DNA of 64,000 bases from a virus (IMGVR_UViG_3300024581_002364:4870-68869); one strand, 5' to 3'; shown: positions 28,761 to 38,454, counted from the first letter of the stretch. Notes: a model not told the origin generated them from the sequence alone. A program made the numbers and translations.

Positions 28761-29585
28761 ATGAACAAAGCTTTTCTGTCGCTGCAAGCAGCAGAAGCTC
28801 CACGTCAAGTCTATGTGGATGCAAATCGCACCAATGTGATTGTTAATGTCACAGCTCCACCTGCTGGTAAAGGCAAAGTTGCAACGCCTCTGACTCTGTT
28901 CATCTACACCAAAGCTGAACAAGATCGTGTCATGCAAACTATCAAAGAAGGTTCATATCTCTTTGTTGCAGGTGCTAAGTTGCGTCACGATTTAGAAAAG
29001 CGTGAACACTCACTTCATGGTGGATTAATTTATCCAGTTAACCCTGGTGAGTTTGGCATTATTAATGACATTATTCTTGGTGGTCGTTGCATTAAAGATG
29101 TAGATCGCAGTGATGAACGCGCTTATCGCGTTACTGAAGCTGGTTATGTTATTACAAACCAAACACTATCGGTAAACACTGGTAAGCAACAAGCTGACCT
29201 TTATAACTTCTATGCCATTAATGAAACCTCAGCCCGTTACAACCTGGCTGAATTGGTATCAACAATGACTAAAAAAGGAACAGGTCTAACCATCTCTGGT
29301 CGTTTAGTTACTGATGGCTGGACTGATAAAGCCTCTGGTGAACAGCGGTTTTCAACCAAGATTCAGCTGAACAACATGACCTTGGCTCCCAAAGCACAAG
29401 CTGGAGAGATCAAGCCATCAACTGAAATTGCACCTGGTGGTACTGCTGCTTCTCTATGGGGTAACGCAGATAGTCCTGCATCTAAACCACAACCTGTAGC
29501 GGCTGCTGCTTCTCCTGCACCAGATGTATGGGCTGATGGTTTACCTGATCTGCCTTCATCTAATGATGACAACGATCCTTTTTAA
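28761..29585 (+). CDS. ssb: Single-stranded DNA-binding protein with two OB-like domains
   Basis: KKGTGLTISGRLVTDGWTDKASGEQRFSTKI; Pro/Ala linker; acidic tail DDNDPF. Confidence 0.75.
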   Translation: MNKAFLSLQAAEAPRQVYVDANRTNVIVNVTAPPAGKGKVATPLTLFIYTKAEQDRVMQTIKEGSYLFVAGAKLRHDLEKREHSLHGGLIYPVNPGEFGIINDIILGGRCIKDVDRSDERAYRVTEAGYVITNQTLSVNTGKQQADLYNFYAINETSARYNLAELVSTMTKKGTGLTISGRLVTDGWTDKASGEQRFSTKIQLNNMTLAPKAQAGEIKPSTEIAPGGTAASLWGNADSPASKPQPVAAAASPAPDVWADGLPDLPSSNDDNDPF

Positions 29586-29605
29586 GCTAAACTAGTCGCA
29601 CTTAT

Positions 29606-29635
29606 CTGGGCATCTGCATGCAGTGTAAGGCCCAG
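29606..29635 (+). ncRNA. Leader hairpin, family H copy 6
   Basis: CUGGG-CAUCUGC-AU-GCAGUGUAAGG-CCCAG. Confidence 0.65.
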
Positions 29636-29661
29636 AACTTAACCTCGAAACAACCCTGATT

Positions 29662-30672
29662 ATGACCCCGACTTCATCTGCTTTGGCTAAACGCAAACTT
29701 GATTCGTTTGCGATGTTCAATGACAAGAAATTTGTCAGTGGATATCAGCCGCTTGTTACTATCCAGCCTCTTAATAAATCTAAGAAGCGTGGTTGGTTTG
29801 TTCGTAATTCTGATCTTGACAATTGTGGGTGGACCGCAACTGAAAAAGATTTTGACAAAGGTGCAATCATCTTTGATTACGAGCATGCCTTTGGTATGGC
29901 TCCAAACATGACCAAAGAAACAGGTCTTAATTTCCAGCGACCACGCGTTCAGGTTCTGTTGCGTTCACCTCTAATGGTGGAAGAACAGTTTGGAATGCGT
30001 CAATGCATTGGTACCTTTGAAGATCCTGAAGTTAAGGAATTGTTTGAAGCTGATAAAACAGCTGCTGACTTAGCTGCTAGCAAAAATGAAATGTACAAAC
30101 GTAAGTATTCTGTCCGCACTAAATATTTGGTCTATATCTTGACCAATGCTAATAAGCGGGCTCATAAAATCCCAATGGTTCTTACCCTTAAGGGTTTGAA
30201 TGGTACAGATGTTTCTGAAAAGATTCGTTTGTATGAAAAGGAAATGTCCAAGTGTTTATCTAAAGCACTGGACTCTGAAGTTCCTTTGCAATTCAACGAA
30301 AAGTTCTATGCAACCACTGTCTTTTGCCCTGAGCTAAGCAGTGATATGCGTGGATCTAATAACGTTGAGATCTGTGCTATCGAATCATTCGACATCCCAG
30401 ATTACACAAGTCAAGAAACAGCTGTTGCTGCCCTTGATTCCATGTCCATTCCTGATGAAGATCGTGAATCAACCTGGAAATTCCAAGAGATGTACAACGA
30501 CTACATCAACCAACATGCCCGCCAAGATGCTAGTCGGCTCAATGGTGCGTATGGGAACGCGGAAGGTGTCAGTATTCTTCCGGAGTCAAGAACGACTGAT
30601 GCTACCGTTGAAGTCCTCCCCGCAGCTACCAAAGCTTCCAGGGATGACCTCGGAGCGGATTCAACCTTCTGA
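29662..30672 (+). CDS. DUF5895-like protein
   Basis: PRVQVLLRSPL...KYLVYILTNANKRAHKIPMVLTLKG...TVFCP, adjacent to ssb. Confidence 0.5.
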   Translation: MTPTSSALAKRKLDSFAMFNDKKFVSGYQPLVTIQPLNKSKKRGWFVRNSDLDNCGWTATEKDFDKGAIIFDYEHAFGMAPNMTKETGLNFQRPRVQVLLRSPLMVEEQFGMRQCIGTFEDPEVKELFEADKTAADLAASKNEMYKRKYSVRTKYLVYILTNANKRAHKIPMVLTLKGLNGTDVSEKIRLYEKEMSKCLSKALDSEVPLQFNEKFYATTVFCPELSSDMRGSNNVEICAIESFDIPDYTSQETAVAALDSMSIPDEDRESTWKFQEMYNDYINQHARQDASRLNGAYGNAEGVSILPESRTTDATVEVLPAATKASRDDLGADSTF

Positions 30673-30864
30673 TAAAAAGGCTTGATCCATTTGGTCTAGT
30701 GCATCTTTCACTAGACCTTTAATCACACACTGGCGGGTCGCAGCTATGTTGACAAGCAGGGTTGCGATCTGCTTTAATTCATCTACTGAACTACATTCCT
30801 CGATGTAACGAGTCATCTTGACCTTCCAGAACTCTTCTTCTGGTGATGGTTCAAAGTTCAGCAT
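30661..30864 (-). CDS. Divergent NblA-like helical hairpin protein
   Basis: EPSPEEEF...SVDELKQIATLL...TRQCVIKGLVK aligns loosely with the NblA pattern ELSLEQQF...DQAKDFLVKL...RE....ELLK. Confidence 0.45.
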   Translation of the reverse strand: MLNFEPSPEEEFWKVKMTRYIEECSSVDELKQIATLLVNIAATRQCVIKGLVKDALDQMDQAFLSEG

Positions 30865-30891
30865 TCTATTTAATTTTATTCATCATTCTAC

Positions 30892-31818
30892 ATGGAATCA
30901 CAACTTCAACAACTCAGCGAAGCTCAGTCTCTTATTTATTCCAGATCAAACATCAGACGTACCTATTCTGAGTTTGATGATACTGACATTGCTGGTACTT
31001 ACCTTGATAGCAATGATTGCTTGATCATTGTTAGAAACGATGGTTCTCAGCAGTCGTATCCAGCAAATACAGTTCGTAAAACATTTGCAGACTTTACAAC
31101 TAGGCTGCCTCATTTCTTTGCCTACCTTGGTCCTAACTTCAGAGGTCCCAGCATTTGGCGCAATAACTGCTACATCATGCATAAAGGTTGGCATTACCAG
31201 GCTCAAGGCACTGCTAACTTGGTCAATGCTCAAGCTCAACGTCGATGGGTAGACAAATACTCATTGCTTGATTCAGAAGAAAAAATTAAAGCTGCTCTTG
31301 GTAGTTTTGATCTGGGTTACCTCATCTCACCTGATGGTAAAACTGCTGGTTACAAAGCACCAACACTTGCTGACGATGAAGTAGAAGATGATGAGACACC
31401 ACAGCCCTACTGCAGTTGTGGTTCTTTCCAACGCCAATCCAATCTTGCTGATCAAATTCGTCAGGATATTCCTGACTTTCAACCATCCTGTAAACACATG
31501 ACCTGGTTTGCCAGGTATCGTCAGTTTCTTTCTGCACGTTCTGAACTTATTGAATCTTGCCGTGGTCACATGGCAGAAACAGCTACAGCCTGGTATTATG
31601 CACCCCCTGCTCTAGGTAAAGAGCATGGCAAACTCTCTATCATCTATACCAAGCATGGACAAAATGCCCCACTTAAAATGTGGCGGCACTACAAAGCCCA
31701 AGAATCATTCAACGAAACTGACGCTTGGGATCTCTTTGACAACATGTTAGAGAAAGGCTTCGTGCCTTTCCCTCACACCTCACTTATTCAAATCGCACAC
31801 GCATTCAAAGCTAACTAA
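30892..31818 (+). CDS. SWIM zinc-finger protein
   Basis: YCSCGSF...PSCKHM (CxC...CxH). Confidence 0.7.
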   Translation: MESQLQQLSEAQSLIYSRSNIRRTYSEFDDTDIAGTYLDSNDCLIIVRNDGSQQSYPANTVRKTFADFTTRLPHFFAYLGPNFRGPSIWRNNCYIMHKGWHYQAQGTANLVNAQAQRRWVDKYSLLDSEEKIKAALGSFDLGYLISPDGKTAGYKAPTLADDEVEDDETPQPYCSCGSFQRQSNLADQIRQDIPDFQPSCKHMTWFARYRQFLSARSELIESCRGHMAETATAWYYAPPALGKEHGKLSIIYTKHGQNAPLKMWRHYKAQESFNETDAWDLFDNMLEKGFVPFPHTSLIQIAHAFKAN

Positions 31819-31930
31819 TGTTCGGATTCATTGCTAATGCCTTCACTTCTTTTGTTCAAGAAGTAGCTTCAGCTGTAGTGTCTATGGCATTTGCCATGGT
31901 CGTTAACTTTGTTACCTCACAATTTTCCTA

Positions 31931-32578
31931 ATGTCTCAAATCACACCGACCAAATTAGATAAACTCAATACTTTTGAGCTTTACAAACACCATGCTGCCT
32001 TATCGAGCAGTCTGTCTCTCCTTACTCCTGACTCCAAAGAGCTGGCACTCTCTGAACTGGAACATTGTGCCAGGCTCCGGTCTAGCAAGGTTGATGGAAT
32101 CCACTACCATCTCACCCAGCATGAAAAGCTAGTTGAAGTAGGTGCAGAAGAGAAAAAGAAACTAGATGCTGCAATTAAACACCATAAGGCAGAGATTGAA
32201 GCATTGCGTTCAATTTTAAAAGAGGTCAGACGACGTGGTTTTGCTGACGGCAATAAAATTACTGGTAAAAATTATGAGTTTAATGTTTCACCTCTTCCTT
32301 CACCTACGGTAGAGATTACCGGCACTATTGAAGACTGGTCTGCTGACGAGCAACAACAGTTCGCTATGGTTGAAGAGGTCATCACCACTACTATTACCAA
32401 AACATTAGATGGCAAGAACATCATTCGGGCAGATGAAAAAGTCAAGCATCGACACATACCAAATCTCGATGCAATCAAAGACGCCCATGCCCAAGGTCAA
32501 ATACTCCCAGAAGGAGTACGGGTCATACAAAACCACCGCATCACGGTCAAACGTATCCTCAACAACAATGAAGACTGA
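31931..32578 (+). CDS. Siphovirus Gp157/Gam-like protein
   Basis: Coiled coil with KVDGI..., C-terminal PNLDAIKDAHAQGQILPEGVRVIQNHRITVK. Confidence 0.6.
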   Translation: MSQITPTKLDKLNTFELYKHHAALSSSLSLLTPDSKELALSELEHCARLRSSKVDGIHYHLTQHEKLVEVGAEEKKKLDAAIKHHKAEIEALRSILKEVRRRGFADGNKITGKNYEFNVSPLPSPTVEITGTIEDWSADEQQQFAMVEEVITTTITKTLDGKNIIRADEKVKHRHIPNLDAIKDAHAQGQILPEGVRVIQNHRITVKRILNNNED

Positions 32579-34143
32579 AACTACATCATGGACCAAGTTC
32601 CATCCTTCATTACAAAAGAGTTTTTATAACTCTTTAGAAGTTCCTACTTCTGAAGCTGATGCAATTGTTAAAGAACAATGTCATAAACACGCTGTTTCTG
32701 ATATTGAGATGCAAATGCAGGCTCTAGAATCTGAAATGGAATTAGAAAACCGTCAAGACGTGCCTTATAACGCAGTAAAAATTGATCAACTTCATGAACG
32801 TCGCATTAAATTAATCAATGCAAAACGTTATCACACTAACGCAGCACATGCTTACTGGTATTATATGCAGTAGTTATTGATACGTTATGTACGAGTACAC
32901 CATCGAAGAATCACGCTTTGGTTTATTCACCAGTATTCTTGTTGATGGTACTCGTATGGTTACAGGGATGACTGAAGAAGCAGTGCGTTATTGCACTGAT
33001 AATATTCACATCCCTGTTCTTAAAAATGAATTTGATGGTTGGACCAGTTCACCAAAAGCTGGTGTTGTAGGTGGCAAACTGTAGAATAAAGACACAATAA
33101 GAACAAGAAAATGAACTCCAAAAATTACGAAGAACATATTTATTACATTCTTGATAATTTCACAAAAGGAGGTACACCCCTCTCTGCTTTTCTTGGTGGC
33201 CGCATGGAATGGCAGGTCACAACCTTAGTTGCTGGCCTGCTTGCTAACCAAAATATTTCTCAATCTCTTGATTCAGAAGAAATTGTAGAAGCTGCAATTA
33301 CTTATGCCAAAATTATTCAAAATAAATTAGCTCAATACGAAGGCTCTACTGTCAATAATCTTGAAAGATTAATGGATAAATAATAGAATTAATTACCAAT
33401 ACATAGACCAAGTGTCCAAACCTGTTGCAAGCATTAAATTCCATTTGGAATTTGAAGTAGCATACGATCCTTTTAAAGGCCGTACACCCGAAGAATTTGC
33501 TGAAGTCGTACATGACGACTTGCATCGCGTCCTTAATGACTTCCGAGAGGAAGATGTTTTAGGTATCTTTAGTGATGTAACCTCTGTTCAGCTAACAGAT
33601 CAATGAACACAGACTATCTTGCAAACTGGGACGCTCATTCAGAACGGCAGAAAGCTGAATTTATGGAGCACATGTATAAGTGTTCTGGTCGCACTAATGG
33701 ATTATTTACTAATCTTTGGCAAGACTTTTGTTTAAAAGAAGCTGGTCCTTATTGTCGTCAAATGTATTTTGACCGCAAAAAAGCTATTGAAGAGTTTGTT
33801 AGGTTAGAAACAGAAAAACAATCATCAACCAAACCAGAACAATTCGTTTCTACTTTCCATGACTGATGCAAAAGCCTCAAGAGAAAACATGCATGACACA
33901 AGTCATGCCATGACTTCAATGGATGCAGAAAGTAAATACCAAGCTTACAAAAAACTTGTGCTTGCTTTTGAAGACATCCTTTCTAGTTCTTGTGAACCAT
34001 ATGATGTTTTAGAACAACATCGTCTTACTGGTGAAGACATTCACAATGCTCTTCAAGAAGCTATTGAACTTCAAAAAAACTGGCATCATCAAGAACTAAA
34101 TATTCTTGATGATTTACTTGTCCTCAGTAATACTGGGAAATGA
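32568..34143 (+). other. Six small middle-region hypothetical ORFs
   Basis: 32568-32873, 32887-33084, 33111-33383, 33412-33606, 33603-33866, 33859-34143; tightly packed, with TAGAAT elements. Confidence 0.65.
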
Positions 34144-34402
34144 AAGTGGTTCCATAGGATCTGGTTTATTTCCACAGATTGCAACTGCTCTTTTGTAAAA
34201 CATGTTTTCTGTTTGGCCTACCTCTTCAAGGTGGGCCTTTATTTTTGCCCAGTTTTCTTTTTGGAATTTGTCCATAATAAAAATGCTAATTTGTTGTGTG
34301 CTTTGTCTGCTTTACGAATAATTTCTTTTGCCTCCTTTCTGCTAGTACATTGATCTGCTTCAACACTAAGGCTGTGTAATTTTCGGTGTTGTTTTTCAGG
34401 AT

Positions 34403-34624
34403 TCATTTAATAGACCTCCCAGTCCCTATATTTGTTATTAATGCTAAGACAGTTGCTGTCATTCCGGCAAATGTAACTTCTACACGCTTTCCTATTTCAG
34501 GACAAGTTTTTAATCCATCATTATTCATACAATAAAAAATAGCTGTGCCAAGAAAAAAAATTTGAGCAGTAAATATTACGCCCAAAAAACTTAATAAAAC
34601 TTTTTCTTTTTGAGATAGATTCAT
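34403..34624 (-). CDS. Small two-TM membrane protein
   Basis: Two hydrophobic segments separated by C..G...CPEIG. Confidence 0.6.
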   Translation of the reverse strand: MNLSQKEKVLLSFLGVIFTAQIFFLGTAIFYCMNNDGLKTCPEIGKRVEVTFAGMTATVLALITNIGTGRSIK

Positions 34625-35901
34625 TATCTAGTTGTTTCTTGCCATCCCAAAGATGCCAAGATATCTGCACCATTTGTGTCAGTAGAAGCAATAAGAATTA
34701 ATTCAAAAGGTGTTGAAGTAAAACTATTACGTTCTAATTGATATTCAAATAAATCTGAACGATGTAGTTCAGATGTTGTTGAGCCTTGGTTTGAACCAAT
34801 AGAATATCCTGCAGTTAAAACTTCTCCGTCGCCTTGGCTATAACCTGTAGCAGTAATGTTGTATTCGACCAAAGAACTATCTCCTGCGCTCACCCAAGTA
34901 CCTCCGCTTGTTGTGCCATTCTGCACAATTTCCCAACAATAATTAGCGTTGTTTGTAATACCTAAAACATTTAAAGAGTCAAGGATAGCAACGCCATCAA
35001 GCTTTGTAGATTTAAGACGTAAAGAAATAAGTGGATATTGAGTAGAAGCATTTGTTAAATCACGAGGACTTGCAATTGGTAGCTTTGCTACTGTTGCTTC
35101 ACCACGTACTTCATACCCTCCTTCTGATAATACAGTTGCACAAATTTGTTTTAAAGTGCTGCTACTAGTTGTTGTATTTGTATTAATAATCTCAGCTCTA
35201 ATTGGCAATGTTGCAGTTGTAATATATGTTCCTTCAGTTACATTGGCATGATGAAATAAATGGCAAAGAACATATGTACCATTAATAATAAAACCACAAC
35301 GAACAGTACCTGAACCAAGCCATTCAAAATCAAACCAAACAATTTGTACTTTTGTTAAATCTAATGTGATACCTGATGGCCCTCTTCCATCGAGTTTATC
35401 TACATTCCAACTGCTTTGACTAATTTCTGTATCAACAACAGCGCCACTAACTGCGCTGCGTTTTACAAATACGGGTTCATTTGTATCATTTAATTCTAAA
35501 TAAAAACCATTTGATGCACCGTAATATCCTATTCGTTGTTTTAAATTTGCTTTAGCTTCATTAAAATTAAAAGATAAAATTGATAATAATGATTTACCTG
35601 GCTGATAATTAAAAACTCTTTTTGTTTCTCTTAATACCTGTGCGCCAGATGCAGTAGTCACTGTCAGATTAATTAAACCTTCATCACTATCGTGTGATGA
35701 AGATCCGCCACTAGTTACAGATTCAACCCAGTGACCATTATCTGTATAACGATGAGATGAATCAAATAAAGTATAAGGATTCGATACTCTTAACCTGCCA
35801 AAAGCATCTGAGCTTGTAGTCCCTGATGTTTGTATTGTTTGCGGATTAACAACATAAACTGTTCTGACCAGCTCATTATTATAGTAACGATCTTGTGCCA
35901 T
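34624..35901 (-). CDS. Conserved phage beta-rich protein (probable virion/tail associated)
   Basis: DAFGRLRVSNPYTLFDS...RETKRVFNYQPGK...QIVWFDFEWLG.G.VRCG motifs. Confidence 0.65.
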   Translation of the reverse strand: MAQDRYYNNELVRTVYVVNPQTIQTSGTTSSDAFGRLRVSNPYTLFDSSHRYTDNGHWVESVTSGGSSSHDSDEGLINLTVTTASGAQVLRETKRVFNYQPGKSLLSILSFNFNEAKANLKQRIGYYGASNGFYLELNDTNEPVFVKRSAVSGAVVDTEISQSSWNVDKLDGRGPSGITLDLTKVQIVWFDFEWLGSGTVRCGFIINGTYVLCHLFHHANVTEGTYITTATLPIRAEIINTNTTTSSSTLKQICATVLSEGGYEVRGEATVAKLPIASPRDLTNASTQYPLISLRLKSTKLDGVAILDSLNVLGITNNANYCWEIVQNGTTSGGTWVSAGDSSLVEYNITATGYSQGDGEVLTAGYSIGSNQGSTTSELHRSDLFEYQLERNSFTSTPFELILIASTDTNGADILASLGWQETTR

Positions 35902-35963
35902 TCATCTGTTAATAATCCCTATATCTATCTTAAAATGTAGAATATTGTGTAGGTAATTAAATC

Positions 35964-36506
35964 ATGTTTAGCGGGACTCCTGATAAGCCACTGGAACATA
36001 CTCTTCAAGGGCAAGAAAAGCCAGTAACTCAAGATCCACAACCCAAGAGCAAGAGTGAACCCGTAGGCAGACTTGCCAATGAACTCATCAAACTTAGTAG
36101 CCATGCTGCTAATTTGATGCTCCAATCGCACTTGTTGCATTTGAATTATGAGTCCGGGAATTTCTTTGGCGTACACAAGTTTTCCAAGAAACAATACGAA
36201 AAGCACCAATCGCAATTGGACCGTATAGGCGAACTTGTTAGGTCTTTGGACTTCTTGATGCCTATGTGTTCCAAAGGATTGCTTGGTGCCTGTAAAGGAT
36301 TTAGTCATATCACTGCCTATGCAGGGGCGTCAATGTTAATTACTTATTATGAAAACTTAGAAGAATTCGGTATGGCATGTAAAAAAGTTGCTAAACTTGC
36401 TGGCAAAATGGAAGCTTACGATATTGAAAACTATTGTGGTGAATTAATTGAAGACTGTTTTACTGCTTCTTGGCAGATAAAAGCAACTTTAAGAGGAGAG
36501 AAATAA
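35964..36506 (+). CDS. dps: Dps/ferritin-like protein
   Basis: HLN...VH...LDRIGE with H, H+12, D+27, E+31 spacing, as in Dps ferroxidase centres. Confidence 0.8.
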   Translation: MFSGTPDKPLEHTLQGQEKPVTQDPQPKSKSEPVGRLANELIKLSSHAANLMLQSHLLHLNYESGNFFGVHKFSKKQYEKHQSQLDRIGELVRSLDFLMPMCSKGLLGACKGFSHITAYAGASMLITYYENLEEFGMACKKVAKLAGKMEAYDIENYCGELIEDCFTASWQIKATLRGEK

Positions 36507-36813
36507 TAGCAGCGGCAATTGCTGTACAAACGGCTTCTGTTATTTCATTACCAAAATGAGATGGGTGCGTTTGCCAATCAACGAGGGTCACCGCTCCCAC
36601 TAACAGTAGTGATTTTTGAACGGAGGAGGATATCCTCAACACCTTGGCAAGCAAACCATACACGAGGACCGATGCCAGGCTTACTTTCAATGCAATTACG
36701 CAGTGTTTTAAGTTCAGTGTTAGTAAGTTGCCTTCTACCATCATCACCATGCAACTCGACCAAACCGCTACTAACTTCTCCTTTAAATCCTGTGCTTGAC
36801 TTGCACTTAGCAT
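36460..36813 (-). CDS. Multi-pass membrane protein
   Basis: SCMVMMVEGNLL...HPSHFG..ITEAVCTAIAAAIISLL; hydrophobic segments. Confidence 0.6.
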   Translation of the reverse strand: MLSASQAQDLKEKLVAVWSSCMVMMVEGNLLTLNLKHCVIALKVSLASVLVYGLLAKVLRISSSVQKSLLLVGAVTLVDWQTHPSHFGNEITEAVCTAIAAAIISLLLKLLLSAKKQ

Positions 36814-37060
36814 TTTTTACATACTCTGCTGCTTTAATTATTCTATTAGCATCGTCTTTTAAACATCCTATGCCTCTATTACAGTTTCCACATAACAAAC
36901 CTCTGATTTCTCCTGTGTCATGACAATGATCTACAGATAAAGCTTGTTTAGATATTTCATTACATATTGCACATTTTCCATTTTGTTTTTTAAACATTTG
37001 ATCATACTGTTCTTCTGTGATGCCATATCTATATTTCAAGTTATCTTTCCGACGTGCCAC
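36578..37060 (-). CDS. Endonuclease VII-type HNH nuclease (probable free-standing homing endonuclease)
   Basis: YGITEEQY..M...QNGKCAIC...LSVDHCHDTGEIRGLLCGNCNRGIG. Confidence 0.9.
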   Translation of the reverse strand: MARRKDNLKYRYGITEEQYDQMFKKQNGKCAICNEISKQALSVDHCHDTGEIRGLLCGNCNRGIGCLKDDANRIIKAAEYVKNAKCKSSTGFKGEVSSGLVELHGDDGRRQLTNTELKTLRNCIESKPGIGPRVWFACQGVEDILLRSKITTVSGSGDPR

Positions 37061-37089
37061 ACATACACTTAATCTTTTTAAATAATAAC

Positions 37090-37114
37090 AAAAAAAGAGG
37101 GCGATTAAGCCCTC
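37090..37114 (-). terminator. Rho-independent terminator of the glyco cluster
   Basis: GAGGGC-TTAATC-GCCCTC then T7 on the minus strand. Confidence 0.75.
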
Positions 37115-37179
37115 TAGTCTCTTCCTTAAACCGTTTAACCCTGGAAACTATTTTGTTTACTAGATTTATGGAGTTCGAC

Positions 37180-38454
37180 TTACTCCTCTCGAACTATAGC
37201 GAAAATTAAATCATCATATCTACCCCTAGTTTCCCGTACATCAAAGACGCGAATACCGTCTTTAAACATTTCAGGAACACAATCAGACAACTGATCTAAA
37301 TAGGTAGGTGATTGTACATCTTCAATAATTAATACACCGCCTGGGTTTAAAAACTTGGAATAATACATTAAGGCAAATTTCTGCGAATCCAAAGTATGTG
37401 GCCCGTCGTCAATAATAATGTCGTATGTTTTCTTACCAAATTCTTCAATGCCACTCTTAGTGTATGCATCCGTTTCGTAAAAGTCATATCGATCAGGATC
37501 TAATTGATCCCAAATAACATCAGGGACAATATCTTGAATATCTACCAATGTTAGATGTGCATTAGGTAAATACTCATGCCATAACAGGGATGAGCCACCA
37601 TGTTGCACACCAATTTCAAGTAGTTCACACCGATCCATATCACGATACTGATCTAACAAATATGCATAAATACCTGTAAAATTATGGATTGTATTTTTAT
37701 CTGTACCGCCAGGTACTTCAAAACCATCCACATTCAGATCCTTTAGCATTTTTGCCATCTTTTGATCAGGTTCAGTCCAATGCAATTGGTCCATTGATAC
37801 GCCGTTTAAATAATCTTTACTATAAATATTTCTACCATAAGGTTGGGTGTAATGGTAAGCTTTATCTTTTAAATTCATATTGGTTTCCCAATAATTCTTT
37901 GCTTTGGGTTTACCGCTACCAATCCAAAATTCACGCATAAAACGTAAAGGATCTGATAAATAACTATCTTCACAATTAACAGCTACATACGACGCCTTCG
38001 CCCACCAGAAACCGCCTGAATAGTGCGGCCAATATCCCATGGATGTGTCTTTCTGCCAATTGATACCAGCAGTTTCATAACCAGATTCCAAATCTTCCAC
38101 ACATTGTTTCCAGTTATGTACACAGAAGAATTGCATAACACGCCGCCAGTCTTCTGTATATTTCGTTTTACGAGAGGAGCCTTTAGTGTGGATGTATAAG
38201 GCATAACCACTTGGATTTTCTTTGCACCAATCTCGTAATGCTTCCAACGTATTTGTTTCTTCCTGTTTATTTTGATTTTCCACAGCAGTAGCCCGCTTTG
38301 GAACAGGCAAAAGATCAATGTCCCCGTTAAAGCCAATGTGAAAATAACTAAGTTGTTCATATAAATGACTCGTTAAAAGAGCACCCAGTTGTTCTTGATA
38401 CATCTCTTCCCAGCCCCTGCCGGGATAAACGTGGTAAAAAAGAGCTAAGTTCAT
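37180..38454 (-). CDS. Fusion of a putative glycosyltransferase-like domain and a SAM-dependent (sugar O-) methyltransferase
   Basis: N-terminal YIHTKG...HYSGGFWWA; C-terminal GTDK...H.F...LLEIGVQHGGS...DIIIDDGPH...GGVLIIEDV. Confidence 0.75.
   Translation of the reverse strand: MNLALFYHVYPGRGWEEMYQEQLGALLTSHLYEQLSYFHIGFNGDIDLLPVPKRATAVENQNKQEETNTLEALRDWCKENPSGYALYIHTKGSSRKTKYTEDWRRVMQFFCVHNWKQCVEDLESGYETAGINWQKDTSMGYWPHYSGGFWWAKASYVAVNCEDSYLSDPLRFMREFWIGSGKPKAKNYWETNMNLKDKAYHYTQPYGRNIYSKDYLNGVSMDQLHWTEPDQKMAKMLKDLNVDGFEVPGGTDKNTIHNFTGIYAYLLDQYRDMDRCELLEIGVQHGGSSLLWHEYLPNAHLTLVDIQDIVPDVIWDQLDPDRYDFYETDAYTKSGIEEFGKKTYDIIIDDGPHTLDSQKFALMYYSKFLNPGGVLIIEDVQSPTYLDQLSDCVPEMFKDGIRVFDVRETRGRYDDLIFAIVREE

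Noticed and set aside
18874-29635. Family H as hammerhead or twister ribozyme
   Set aside because: No CUGANGA/GAAA core and no twister double-pseudoknot pairings were found.
34114-34406. Possible -1 frameshift at C-AAA-AAG between two small minus-strand ORFs
   Set aside because: The downstream ORF has its own ATG at 34275 (MDKFQKENW...), so a simple overlap explains it.
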